DNA of 64,000 bases from an uncultured Acidobacteriota bacterium (GTDB taxonomy: Bacteria > Acidobacteriota > Vicinamibacteria > Vicinamibacterales > JAKQTR01), in assembly GCA_963700065.1 (NCBI GenBank), contig CAVOWJ010000009.1, positions 7,318 through 71,317 of the forward strand. Direction: 5' to 3'. Under the pieces are notes generated by a model. That model was not told the DNA's origin and ran no database searches. It saw nothing but the letters and a program-made list of their open reading frames with translations. Of this stretch, positions 1-8,866 are shown one piece after another (the first letter of the stretch is position 1; each line of letters begins with the position of its first letter). A program made the translations under genes and the position numbers.

Positions 1-1441
1 TCCGCGCCACCACCCCGGTCGCGACCGCAGTCGCCATGCTCGTGCCGCTCAGGCTGACATAGCACCGGGATTCCAGGATGCCGGTGCAGAACGGCTTGAC
101 GGTGATCACGCCCGAGAGCGTGCTGGCGGCGGGTACCGCTTCAATCTGGCGACGACCGGGCGCCACCAGATCGGGCTTGGCCTGCAAGTCGTACCACGTC
201 GGCCCGCGCGAGCTGAACGGCGCGACGACATCGTCAAGCCGGCTGTCGGTCCCCAGGGTGTCGACCGCGCCGATGGTGATGGCGGAGGGCGCGTTGCTGG
301 GCGAGTTGATTCCCGCGTACCCCACCTGGCCGCTGGCCGGGTCGGTGCCATTGTTGCCGGCGGAGGCGACCACGACGATCCCCGCAGCCACCGCCTTCTC
401 GACGGCCCGGACCAGCGGGTCGGTCGCGGCGGGCTCCCACACGGGGTGCCCGAGCGACAGGTTGATCACGTCGATGCCGAGCGTGATGCGATTCGCGACG
501 GCAAACTCGATAGCGCTGATGACGTCGCTGGTGCGGCCCACGCCGTTCTTGTCGAGGACCTTCAGGCCGATGAGCCGGACGCCCGGCGCCAGTCCGCCAT
601 ACGCGCCCGCCGTCTCGAGGCCCGGGTCGCTGATCTGCCCGGCGACGTGGCTGCCGTGTCCGTAATCATCGTACGGCTGCGTCGCGACGGGCCCGGTGCC
701 CATGGTGAAATCATAGAACGCGGTGACGAACCCGACCGTCGAGAGCAGGCCGGAATCGACGATCGCCACACCCACGTTGGCGCCGGTGAGCGACATGTCG
801 GTGATGCCCAGCGTGCGGTAGAGATGCGTCTTGGGCAGCAGCGTCGAATAGGACGACAGGCCTTGCAGCATGGCCGTCAGCGTCGCTGTCGGACTGAGCG
901 TGACGGTGTCCACCGCATCCGCGGTCGTTCCAGGTGTGGCCGGCCCCTTCGACGTCGTGGTGGACGTCGGCGTGGTGGCCGGGGTGCTCGTCGGTGCCGC
1001 CGTCTTGGCCGTGGGCTTCCTGACCTTCGCCTGCTTCGCGGGCGGCGTGTGCGACGACGACGAGATCGCTCCGTCGCTCGACAGGCCCGCCACCGCCGTC
1101 TTCGCCAGCAGCGCCGGCAGCAGACGAAGCTCCATGCGCGCCGTCAGCGCATTGATCAGCGGATGCTGCGCCAGCACCTGCCCTCCGAGAGCCTTGATGT
1201 CCTTGGCCACGGCAGGGAGTTGCCCGGGCTGCGCGCGGACAATCACGCGCACCACGCCGACGCGCCCCTGGGCCAGGGCGTCCCGCAGCACGCTATCCAT
1301 CGACTTGCCGGACAGCGTGGCGGCGGGTGGCTGCTGCCCACTCGCCAGCTCCGGGCTGAACGCCGACACGAGGGCCAGCGCCAGCAGCGCCAGTGCGGCC
1401 ACCAGGCCTCCGTGCCGCTTGGATTCAATGTGAGCCTTCAC
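1..1441 (-). CDS. Secreted subtilisin-family (S8) serine peptidase, paralog 1 of 4; the C-terminal part lies beyond the window start
   Basis: Not in the ORF track because no stop lies in the window. Hand translation of the minus strand from GTG (1441..1439) gives VKAHIESKRHGGLVAALALLALALVSAF (signal-peptide-like). It continues to VAIVDSGL, DDYGHGSHVAG, NLSLGH and SLSGTSMATAVATG, the Asp/His/Asn/Ser motifs of S8. The + ORF 78..665 is its antisense shadow. Confidence 0.8.
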   Translation of the reverse strand, partial: MKAHIESKRHGGLVAALALLALALVSAFSPELASGQQPPAATLSGKSMDSVLRDALAQGRVGVVRVIVRAQPGQLPAVAKDIKALGGQVLAQHPLINALTARMELRLLPALLAKTAVAGLSSDGAISSSSHTPPAKQAKVRKPTAKTAAPTSTPATTPTSTTTSKGPATPGTTADAVDTVTLSPTATLTAMLQGLSSYSTLLPKTHLYRTLGITDMSLTGANVGVAIVDSGLLSTVGFVTAFYDFTMGTGPVATQPYDDYGHGSHVAGQISDPGLETAGAYGGLAPGVRLIGLKVLDKNGVGRTSDVISAIEFAVANRITLGIDVINLSLGHPVWEPAATDPLVRAVEKAVAAGIVVVASAGNNGTDPASGQVGYAGINSPSNAPSAITIGAVDTLGTDSRLDDVVAPFSSRGPTWYDLQAKPDLVAPGRRQIEAVPAASTLSGVITVKPFCTGILESRCYVSLSGTSMATAVATGVVAR

Positions 1442-1472
1442 AGCAATGCACCTTCACAAGGAGAACGGTGGC

Positions 1473-3980
1473 CTACCTGATCGTGGTGAGCACGCTGAGC
1501 GACGCGCCGAATGCGCTGCTCAACGAGAGGTCGCCCCAGACGATGTTGGTGGCATCGCCCCACACGATGTTGTACGCATCGCCCCAGACGATGTTGTCGC
1601 CCCAGACGATGTTGTCGCCCCAGACGATGTTGTCACCCCAGACGATGTTGTCGCCCCAGACGATGTTGCGGGCGTTCGGCTGGACGAGGGTGTCGCCCCA
1701 GACGATGTTGGTGGCATCGCCCCAGACGATGTTCTGCGCCCAGGCGCCGCGGTTCTTGTAGATGGCATCGCCCCACACGATGTTGTCGCCCCAGACGATG
1801 TTGTCGCCCCAGACGATGTTCTGGCCGTCGATCGTGGTCGACTCCGGCACGCCCGTGACCTGCCACGAGCTGTTCACCGGCATGGTCGGGTTGATCGACG
1901 CCGCCAGCGCGATGGCGCCTGCGGTGTTCAGCGAACCGGCGCCCTGCGCGAGCACGTGATAGGGCTGGCCGCTGGCGTCCGTCATCGGGAGCGCCGAGGC
2001 CATCAGCATCGCCTTGATGGCGTTGGGCGTCGGCTTGACGCCGAATTCGGCCTGCGCCGCCTCGATCATCAGTGCGACGGATCCGCTGACCACTCCGGCC
2101 GCCATGCTCGTGCCGCTCAAACGCATGTACCGGCGATCACCGACCATCGGCGCGCGCAGCGCCGGGTAGTTGAGATAGAGGTACTGCGAGTCGGTGGCGA
2201 AGGCCGCCAACCGATGGCCGGGCGCGACGAGGTCCGGCTTCGCGAAGCCGTCATACCAGCTGGGCCCGCGCGAGCTGTAGTCCGCGATCACGTCGTCGGT
2301 GCGGGCGGTGGTGTCGTTCGTCTTCACCGCACCGACGGTGATGGCCGACGGCGCATTACCGGGCGAGGTGATGCCGCCGTAGCCGACCAGGCCGGTGGAC
2401 GGCTTCACGCCGACATTGCCGGCCGAGGCGACGACCACGATGCCGGCGCGCACCGCCGCCTCGACGGCCTGGACGAGCGGGTCGGTCGCGGCCGGCTCGT
2501 GGATCGGGTGGCCGAGCGACAGATTGAGCACGTCGATGCCGTAGGTGGCCCGGTTATTCACCGCCCACTGAAGCGCATTGATGACGTTGCTGGTCTGGCC
2601 CTGGCCGTTCGCGTCAAGGACCCGCAAACTGACGTAGTAGACGCCCGGGGCTACGCCCCTGATCTCGCCATCGGTTCCGTTGCCACCAGCCAGCCCGGCC
2701 ACGTGCGATCCGTGTCCGTACGGATCGGTCCAGCTGATCGGCGAAGGGTTGGCGACGCCGCCAGTGAAGTCGCGCGTCGTCCGGATGCGGCTCGGGTTGC
2801 CGGTGCCGTCCTCATAGAGCCCGGAGTCCACGACGGCGATCGCCGAACGGTAGCCCGTCAGGGCCGTCGCCGGCGTCGCCACCGGAACCGACGCCGGCCT
2901 GAGGCACGTGGCAACCAGACCCCAGGCCTTCGAGGCGCCCAGCGTCCAGCCCACGGTCACCGTCCCGCCGCCGGACCGGGTCGCCGACGCCCCGCGGACG
3001 TTGGAACTCGAGGTGCCCGTTCCGTCAACCCACAGGTCGCTCCCGCTCCCGGTCAGGCTCAGCGTCTTCGCATCGCCGTTCGCGGCGACCGCGGCGAGGA
3101 CCACCTGGCCCACCGCGCTGGGGAGCGACACCGACGCCGTGGCGCTCGTCATCCCGCCCGCCGCCCCGGGCGTGAACGGCGTGGTCTGATCGACACCCAT
3201 GAACGTCGTGGCCGACGCCGCGACGTCGGCCGACGTGCTCATCGTGACCACGACGGAAGCCGTGCCGACCGGCGGGTTCACCAGGTACCACAGCCCTACA
3301 CCACTTCCCTTGTCTCCCGTTCCCCCTCCCGCGCCCATCCGGAGCGAGAGCGGGAGGCCGCGGTAGGTCACCGTCGAGACCGACTTCGTGAGGTCCTTGT
3401 GGGCCGTGGCGACGATGAGGATGCGGTTGGCCCCGTCGGCGACCGTGTGCGTCCACGTGATGCTCGATTTCTTCACGCCCGTGGCGCGGGTGGTCGTGTC
3501 GAACGACCCGGCAATCGTGGCCGTCCCGAAGGTGGTCTGGTCGAGGCCGAGCGTCGCCCGCAGTGTGTACGGCGTGGCGAGCGCCGTCCCGGTGACGGTG
3601 CTCGAAATGCCGGACGATGTCACGTCGTCGTCGTAGGAGATGGCGACCACGTCTTTGTCCTTCTCCAGCTGCCGGATCAGCTTCGCCGGCAGCTGTCCGG
3701 CCACCGCCTCGATGAGGGTGAAGTCGTGGCTGACCTCGACGCCGTGGGCGCGCAGCTTGGCGAGGAGCCCTTTTCTGGCTCCCGGCGCCAGCGTGAGGAT
3801 CACGCGAACGCGGGCGTCGTCTCGGGCCGCCGCAATGCCTGCGCGCACGACCTTGTCGAGTTTGCCGCGCACCGGCTGCGCCTGGGCGGCGCCGAGCGTG
3901 ACGCCGAGGAACGCCAGGACGAGAGCGGCCACGGCGAGCCGTGAACCCCAGTGTCGGCGTGTGGTGAAGGACTGAATCAT
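1473..3980 (-). CDS. Secreted S8 serine peptidase, long paralog (835 aa): signal peptide, I9-like propeptide, ~230-aa inserted domain, S8 catalytic domain, C-terminal NIVWGD hexapeptide repeats
   Basis: ORF track 1473..3980. N-terminus HWGSRLAVAALVLAFLGVTLGAAQA. Catalytic motifs AVVDSGL, YGHGSHVAGLAGG, NLSLGHP, LSGTSMAAGVVSG. RBS gggaga 5-6 nt before the ATG. Confidence 0.9.
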   Translation of the reverse strand: MIQSFTTRRHWGSRLAVAALVLAFLGVTLGAAQAQPVRGKLDKVVRAGIAAARDDARVRVILTLAPGARKGLLAKLRAHGVEVSHDFTLIEAVAGQLPAKLIRQLEKDKDVVAISYDDDVTSSGISSTVTGTALATPYTLRATLGLDQTTFGTATIAGSFDTTTRATGVKKSSITWTHTVADGANRILIVATAHKDLTKSVSTVTYRGLPLSLRMGAGGGTGDKGSGVGLWYLVNPPVGTASVVVTMSTSADVAASATTFMGVDQTTPFTPGAAGGMTSATASVSLPSAVGQVVLAAVAANGDAKTLSLTGSGSDLWVDGTGTSSSNVRGASATRSGGGTVTVGWTLGASKAWGLVATCLRPASVPVATPATALTGYRSAIAVVDSGLYEDGTGNPSRIRTTRDFTGGVANPSPISWTDPYGHGSHVAGLAGGNGTDGEIRGVAPGVYYVSLRVLDANGQGQTSNVINALQWAVNNRATYGIDVLNLSLGHPIHEPAATDPLVQAVEAAVRAGIVVVASAGNVGVKPSTGLVGYGGITSPGNAPSAITVGAVKTNDTTARTDDVIADYSSRGPSWYDGFAKPDLVAPGHRLAAFATDSQYLYLNYPALRAPMVGDRRYMRLSGTSMAAGVVSGSVALMIEAAQAEFGVKPTPNAIKAMLMASALPMTDASGQPYHVLAQGAGSLNTAGAIALAASINPTMPVNSSWQVTGVPESTTIDGQNIVWGDNIVWGDNIVWGDAIYKNRGAWAQNIVWGDATNIVWGDTLVQPNARNIVWGDNIVWGDNIVWGDNIVWGDNIVWGDAYNIVWGDATNIVWGDLSLSSAFGASLSVLTTIR
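1530..1821 (-). repeat. Coding tandem repeat: 12 NIVWGD hexapeptide units (18-bp DNA period) with short linkers
   Basis: Protein reads ...NIVWGDNIVWGDNIVWGDAIYKNRGAWAQNIVWGDATNIVWGDTLVQPNARNIVWGD(x5)AYNIVWGDATNIVWGDLSLSS. The + strand shows repeated gccccagacgatgttgtc. Confidence 0.9.
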
Positions 3981-4451
3981 CGTCGTCTCCCAATGGTCGC
4001 AGGGATACGCCCCCGCGCCATCCTGCAGCGCAAGACCTGGTCCAAGGAGCTGTCAACGAGGCAAATTGTTGGAGCAGAATGTGTTGCGTCGATTGGGCCC
4101 GGTGCGGCTGCGCTCCCCTTCTGCCGCGATTCGAGGCATGTGTCCGGATGGCGAGGCACGAGCCAGCTCAGCGCCGCGCAGGCCCGGCGACGGTGCCCAC
4201 CGTCCGAGCGGCAGAACGGCGGCCTGACGGAGCGACCAGGGGGGCCGGAGGATGAAACGGGAAGCGCGCGCAGGGCGGCGAAGCGGAAGCGGAGGCCGGG
4301 GCTCCTGAAGAGGTCCGCCGCGGCGACGAGCGGCGCGGGCCGGACGTCGCCACGGCGGGAGAGGGTCGAGCTCGGCGGACCGGCGGTCGCCGGTGTGACT
4401 GGTGCATACCTGGCCCCGTGTGCGTGATGGCCGCGCGGCGCGCCGCGCTCG

Positions 4452-6357
4452 CTACTGAATCAGCCCCAGGGAGAAGAGGGACTGGCTGAGATCGCCCCAA
4501 ATGACGCGGTCACCCCAGATGACGCGATCGCCCCAGATCACCCTATCGCCCCAGAGCACGCCTTCGCCAGTGTCGTAGCCGATGAGCGCGTCGCCCCAGA
4601 CGATGCGCGTGGCCCAGGCGGACGGGTCGCTCCAGACGAGGCTGTCGCCCCAGATGACGCGGTCGCCCCAGATCACCCGGTCGCCCCAGATCACGCGCTG
4701 GGCCCAGGCAGGATCGTTGACAAACAGCGCATCGCCCCAGATGACGCGGTCGCCCCAGATGACGCGCGACGACCAGGCATAGGTCGTGGTCCCAATCGTG
4801 GAGCAGGCCGGGCCCACCGTCGGGCTGGCCCACCACGCCTCGACCGGCGCGCGCGTGTCGATCGCCGCCGCGAGGCGGACCGCCCCCTCGCCGTTCAGTG
4901 CGCCGGCGCCCTGCGTCAGCGTGTCGTAGCCGGGCATGTCCACCGCGGTGTACTGCAGGATCGCTTTCACCGCGTTGGGCGACAGGCCCGGCGCGACGTT
5001 CGCGCCATTGCGGCCCCAGCCCTTCGTCAGCGTCTGCCGGTTGGCGTCGAGCAACTGCGCCACGACGCCGGTGGTCACGGCCGCCGCCATGCTCGTCCCG
5101 CTGAACCGCATGTACGCCGCTCCGTCCTTGTCTGTGATGGTGTCGATCACGAGGTTCGGATTCGCCAGGTAGAGCGAGGAGCTGCTGCTGACGGCCGCCA
5201 CCAGCTGCGCCCCCGGCGCCACCAGGTCGGGCTTCTGAAAGCCGTCGAACCATGTCGGCCCCCGCGACGAGAAGTCGGGGATCACATCGTCAGCCCGTGT
5301 CGTCGTCTGCCAAGTGTCGATCGCGCCGACCGTGATCGCCGACGGCGCGTTGCCGGGAGAGGTGAGGCCGCCGTACCCGACCATGCCCGTCTCCGGGTTG
5401 CGGCCGAGGTTGCCGGCCGAGGCCACCACCACGATCCCGGCGCGCACCGCGCGCTCCACCGCCTGCACCAACGGGTCCGCGGCGGCAGGCTCGAAAATTG
5501 GATGACCCAGGGACAGGTTGATCACGTCGATCCAGTACTTGTCCTTGTTGGCCACGCAGAAGTCGATCGCGCGAATCACGTTGCTCGTGAGGCCCCGGCC
5601 CTCCCCGTCCAGCACCTTCAGCCCGTAGAGCGTGATGTACGGCGCCACGCCGCGGTAGACGCCCTCGGCGAAGTTGCCCTTGTTGGCGATCAGACCGGCC
5701 ACGTGGGTGCCGTGCCCGTAGTCGTCGTAGGGCTTGCTCTTCTTCGGCGCGACCGGGTTCCCGGCCGCGTCCGTCCGCGTGAAGTCCCAGAACCCGGTCG
5801 TCCACTTGAAGCTCGAGTTCGCGGCGAGCCCGGAGTCGATGACGGCCACCCCGATTGACGCGCCGTTCCAGACGCTGCGGGTCAGGCCCAGGGTGTCCAC
5901 CAGATGATTGGACGTCCCGATGCCCGCCGGGACGTCCCCGTGCGACCTGACCACCGCGTCACTCGAGACGTGGGCGATGTCGGGGCGGCTGGCGAGTTCG
6001 GCGAGCTCATCGCCCGACACCGTCATCGACAGCAGGTCCTGCGCTGCTGCCGACCTGGTCCGCCCTGCGGCCCTTCTTGCGGGCGGCGTCCGCCACCGCC
6101 GGGCCGGCGCCGGGCGCCGCCTGCACGATGACGCGCTGGGCGCTCTTGTCAGCCTTCTGCAGCATCGCCTGCAAGTGCTGGTCGAGCTTGCGCGTGGACG
6201 CATCCTGCGGGCCGGCCGCGGCCGGCATCGCGACAAACGCGAGCGACACCAGCACAAGAGCCGCGACGAGCCCGGTACGCCAGCGCCATGTGTTCGACCT
6301 GGCCCGACCCGGGGCTATGCGTGACATGAAGTTGAAGTTGGTGTTCATGGCCTTCAT
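4452..6357 (-). pseudogene. Secreted S8 serine peptidase, short paralog 3, interrupted by an apparent 1-nt frameshift (length 1906 nt = 3n+1)
   Basis: ORF 6007..6357(-) encodes a signal peptide and I9-like propeptide (MKAMNTNF...LVAALVLVSLAFVAMPAAAG...RVIVQAAPGAGPAVADAARKKGRRADQVGSS). ORF 4452..6257(-) becomes plausible only from ...AAQDLLSMTVSGDELAELASRPDIAHVSSD. It then carries VAVIDSGL, YGHGTHVAGL, NLSLGHP, FSGTSMAAAVTTG and RVIWGD repeats. Good RBS aagggga before the ATG at 6357. Confidence 0.8.
4491..4766 (-). repeat. Coding tandem repeat: ~10 clear R[VI][IV]WGD hexapeptide units plus degenerate units
   Basis: Protein reads ...RVIWGDRVIWGDALFVNDPAWAQRVIWGDRVIWGDRVIWGDSLVWSDPSAWATRIVWGDALIGYDTGEGVLWGDRVIWGDRVIWGDRVIWGDLSQSLFSLGLIQ. 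Confidence 0.9.
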
Positions 6358-6397
6358 CTGGTCCCCTTGAAACTGTCGCTATCCACGTCCCTTCAAC

Positions 6398-8866
6398 TCA
6401 CTGCACGCTATCCGGCTCCGGCGCCGGGCTCATGATCCCCGACCCGCACGACGCACCCGCAGTCAGCGAGCCGAACACCTCGAAGTCGGTGAAGAAGTCG
6501 CCCCAGACGATGTTGTCGCCCCACACGATGTTGTCGCCCCACACGATGTTGTCGCCCCACACGATGTTGTCGCCCCACACGATGTTGTCGCCCCACACGA
6601 TGTTCGACGCCGACGTCAACGTGCGCAGGCTGTCGCCCCAGACGATGTTGTCGCCCCAGACGATGTTGCTGGCCCACGACGCGCGGTTCGTGTAGATCGC
6701 ATCGCCCCAGACGATGTTGTCGCCCCACACGATGTTCTGGCCCCACGCGATCGTCTGGCCGTCTACCAGTGTCGCCGGCGCCAGGCTCGACACCAGCCAG
6801 GAGGACCCCACCGGAAGCCTCGGGTCGATGGCGCCGGCGAGGCCCGACGCGCCCCCGGGGTTCACGGCGCCCGCGCCCTGCGTCAGCACGTCGTAGGCCA
6901 CGCCGCAGCCGTCGGTCAGCGTGAACGCGGTGTGCTGCAGCATGGCCTTGAGCGCGTTGCCCGTCGGCGCCACGCCGAACTGGTTCCGTGCCTGCTCGAT
7001 CATGAGCGCCGCGGTGCCCGTCACGACACCTGCCGCCATGCTTGAGCCGCTCAGGTACATGTAGGCGCGGCCGCCATAGGCCGGGCCGCGGTAGGCGGGG
7101 AACATCTCGTAGAGGAACTGGCCCGCAGCGGCCGCCCCGAGCAGGTGATGCCCCGGTGCCACGACGTCTGGCTTCGCGTAGGCGTCGTACCAGGTCGGCC
7201 CGCGGGAACTGTAGTCGGCCACGGCGTCGTCGGTGCGGGTGTTCGTGTCCTGCGGCCGGGCCGACCCGACGGTGATGGCCGACGGCGCGTTGCCCGGCGA
7301 AGTGATGCCGGCGTAGCCGACCGTCTGCGTGTCCGGATTGAACCCGATGTTCCCGGCCGAGGCCACGACGACGATCCCGGCGCGCGAGGCCGCTTCGACG
7401 GCCTGCACCAGCGGATCGCTCGCCGCCGGCTCGAAGATCGGGTGGCCCAGCGAGAGATTGAGCACGTCGATGCCGTACGCGTCCCTGTTCGCCACCGCCC
7501 ACTGGATCGCCGCGATCACGTGGCTCGTGTAGCCGGTGCCGATGCTGTTGAGCGCGCGCAGGCTGACGAAGGACACGCCGGGCGCCACGCCCTTCACCTC
7601 GGCCTTGTCGCCCCCGATGAGGCCGGCAACGTGCGTGCCGTGGCCGTAGCCGTCCACCGGCGCGACGTGCGGCGGGTTCGGGCTGCCGCCGGTGAAGTCG
7701 CGCGTCGTCTTGATGCGGGCCGAGCCGCCGCCATCCTGCAGCATGCCCGAATCGACGATGGCCACCGTGACGCCCGCGCCGGTCAGCGCCGACTCGGACT
7801 TCGCCGCGTTGACCGGCACCGCGATCTGCGACCATTCCTGGGTGCTGTCGGCCGGGGTCCACTGCATCGCGACCGACGACGACCCCGCCTCCTCGCTGCC
7901 GCCGGCGGTGATCTGCGTGTTCGTCTTCGCGAAGACCGACGTCTGGCCCGCGCCCGCCGTGACGCTGCCGCCCAGTTCCCGGGCCACCGTGTCGAACACG
8001 AGGCCGTCGATGTCGGAGACGACCTGGACACTCGGGCTACCGTTGACCGCGTTCGCCGAGGCGGCGGTGCCGAGTGGCGCGCTCTGGTCGACGCCCGAAT
8101 AAGTGACAGCGCCGATGATCATCGACTTGGCCGCGCCGTTCAACGTCACCTTGAGGCTGGCGCTCCCGGCCGGCGGGTTCGTCAGACGCCAGAGCTCCAC
8201 GCGTGTCCGGGCGTAGGCGTCCATCGAGGACGCGACGCGCGTGAGGTACAGGCTGCCATAGGTCACGCTCGTGGCTGCGCGCGAGGCGTTGCCATCGGGG
8301 TGCATCGCTACGGCAACCAGCATCAGGCGGTTGGAGCCTGCGCCGCTCGCGTACGTGAACGTCGCCGTAGAACCCTTTCCATACAACGCGCTCGCCGCTC
8401 CCAGGCGCGTGACGCGCTCGACGGAAGCGAGGCCCAGCGTGCGGCGCAGGGTGAAGGCGCTCCCGATCGCGGTTCCCGTGACGCCGCCGCTGACGCCGTC
8501 GCCCTTCACCATGGCGTCGGTGGAGATGGAGACGACGTCCTTGTCCTTGGCCAGGCTGCGGATCAACCCCGGCGGCAGTTCGGCAGCCTGCGCCTCGATG
8601 ATGCCGAGGTCGGCGTTGACCCTTGCGCCGTGGGCCCGGAGCTTGGCATACATCCCCCGTCTCGCGCCGGGCGCCACCCTGATGATGACGCGGAGCGGCG
8701 ACTCGTCTCGAGCCGCTTGAATCAACTCGGCAACGCCTCTGTCGAGCTTGTCGCGCACGGGCTGGGCCTGGGCGGCACCGGGTGTGACGCCGACGAATGC
8801 CAGGACGAGAGCGGCCACGGCGAGCCGTGAACCCCAGTGCTGGCGTGAACCCAAGAGTGTGCGCAT
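6398..8866 (-). CDS. Secreted S8 serine peptidase, long paralog 4 (about 822 aa; the longest ORF starts at 8914)
   Basis: ORF track 6398..8914. I prefer the ATG at 8866 (MRTLLGSRQHWGSRLAVAALVLAFVGV). It aligns with the start of paralog 2 and is preceded by gggagatgagg. Motifs AIVDSGM, YGHGTHVAGLIGG, NLSLGHP, LSGSSMAAGVVTG; NIVWGD repeats at the C-terminus. Confidence 0.88.
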   Translation of the reverse strand: MRTLLGSRQHWGSRLAVAALVLAFVGVTPGAAQAQPVRDKLDRGVAELIQAARDESPLRVIIRVAPGARRGMYAKLRAHGARVNADLGIIEAQAAELPPGLIRSLAKDKDVVSISTDAMVKGDGVSGGVTGTAIGSAFTLRRTLGLASVERVTRLGAASALYGKGSTATFTYASGAGSNRLMLVAVAMHPDGNASRAATSVTYGSLYLTRVASSMDAYARTRVELWRLTNPPAGSASLKVTLNGAAKSMIIGAVTYSGVDQSAPLGTAASANAVNGSPSVQVVSDIDGLVFDTVARELGGSVTAGAGQTSVFAKTNTQITAGGSEEAGSSSVAMQWTPADSTQEWSQIAVPVNAAKSESALTGAGVTVAIVDSGMLQDGGGSARIKTTRDFTGGSPNPPHVAPVDGYGHGTHVAGLIGGDKAEVKGVAPGVSFVSLRALNSIGTGYTSHVIAAIQWAVANRDAYGIDVLNLSLGHPIFEPAASDPLVQAVEAASRAGIVVVASAGNIGFNPDTQTVGYAGITSPGNAPSAITVGSARPQDTNTRTDDAVADYSSRGPTWYDAYAKPDVVAPGHHLLGAAAAGQFLYEMFPAYRGPAYGGRAYMYLSGSSMAAGVVTGTAALMIEQARNQFGVAPTGNALKAMLQHTAFTLTDGCGVAYDVLTQGAGAVNPGGASGLAGAIDPRLPVGSSWLVSSLAPATLVDGQTIAWGQNIVWGDNIVWGDAIYTNRASWASNIVWGDNIVWGDSLRTLTSASNIVWGDNIVWGDNIVWGDNIVWGDNIVWGDNIVWGDFFTDFEVFGSLTAGASCGSGIMSPAPEPDSVQ
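6497..6736 (-). repeat. Coding tandem repeat: 10 NIVWGD units; the last six are encoded by near-identical 18-bp units (6497..6604)
   Basis: The + strand carries gtcgccccacacgatgtt five times exactly plus one 1-mismatch copy. Protein reads NIVWGDNIVWGDAIYTNRASWASNIVWGDNIVWGDSLRTLTSASNIVWGD(x6)FFTDF. Confidence 0.92.

Noticed and set aside
1446-3944. 832-aa + strand ORF (and 1393..1761, 1511..1858 with SPQTML / PRRCC repeats)
   Set aside because: It is an antisense shadow of the S8 peptidase gene. It has an Arg/Gly/Asp-rich low-complexity composition and no motifs. Its repeats are just the reverse-strand reading of the NIVWGD-coding 18-mers.
3951-4500. Small ORFs (158 aa +, 110 aa -) in the 471-bp spacer between the protease modules
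   Set aside because: They have Arg/Ala/Pro-rich composition, no RBS and no motifs. Part of the spacer is homologous to the non-coding leader upstream of 8866. It was kept as non-coding.
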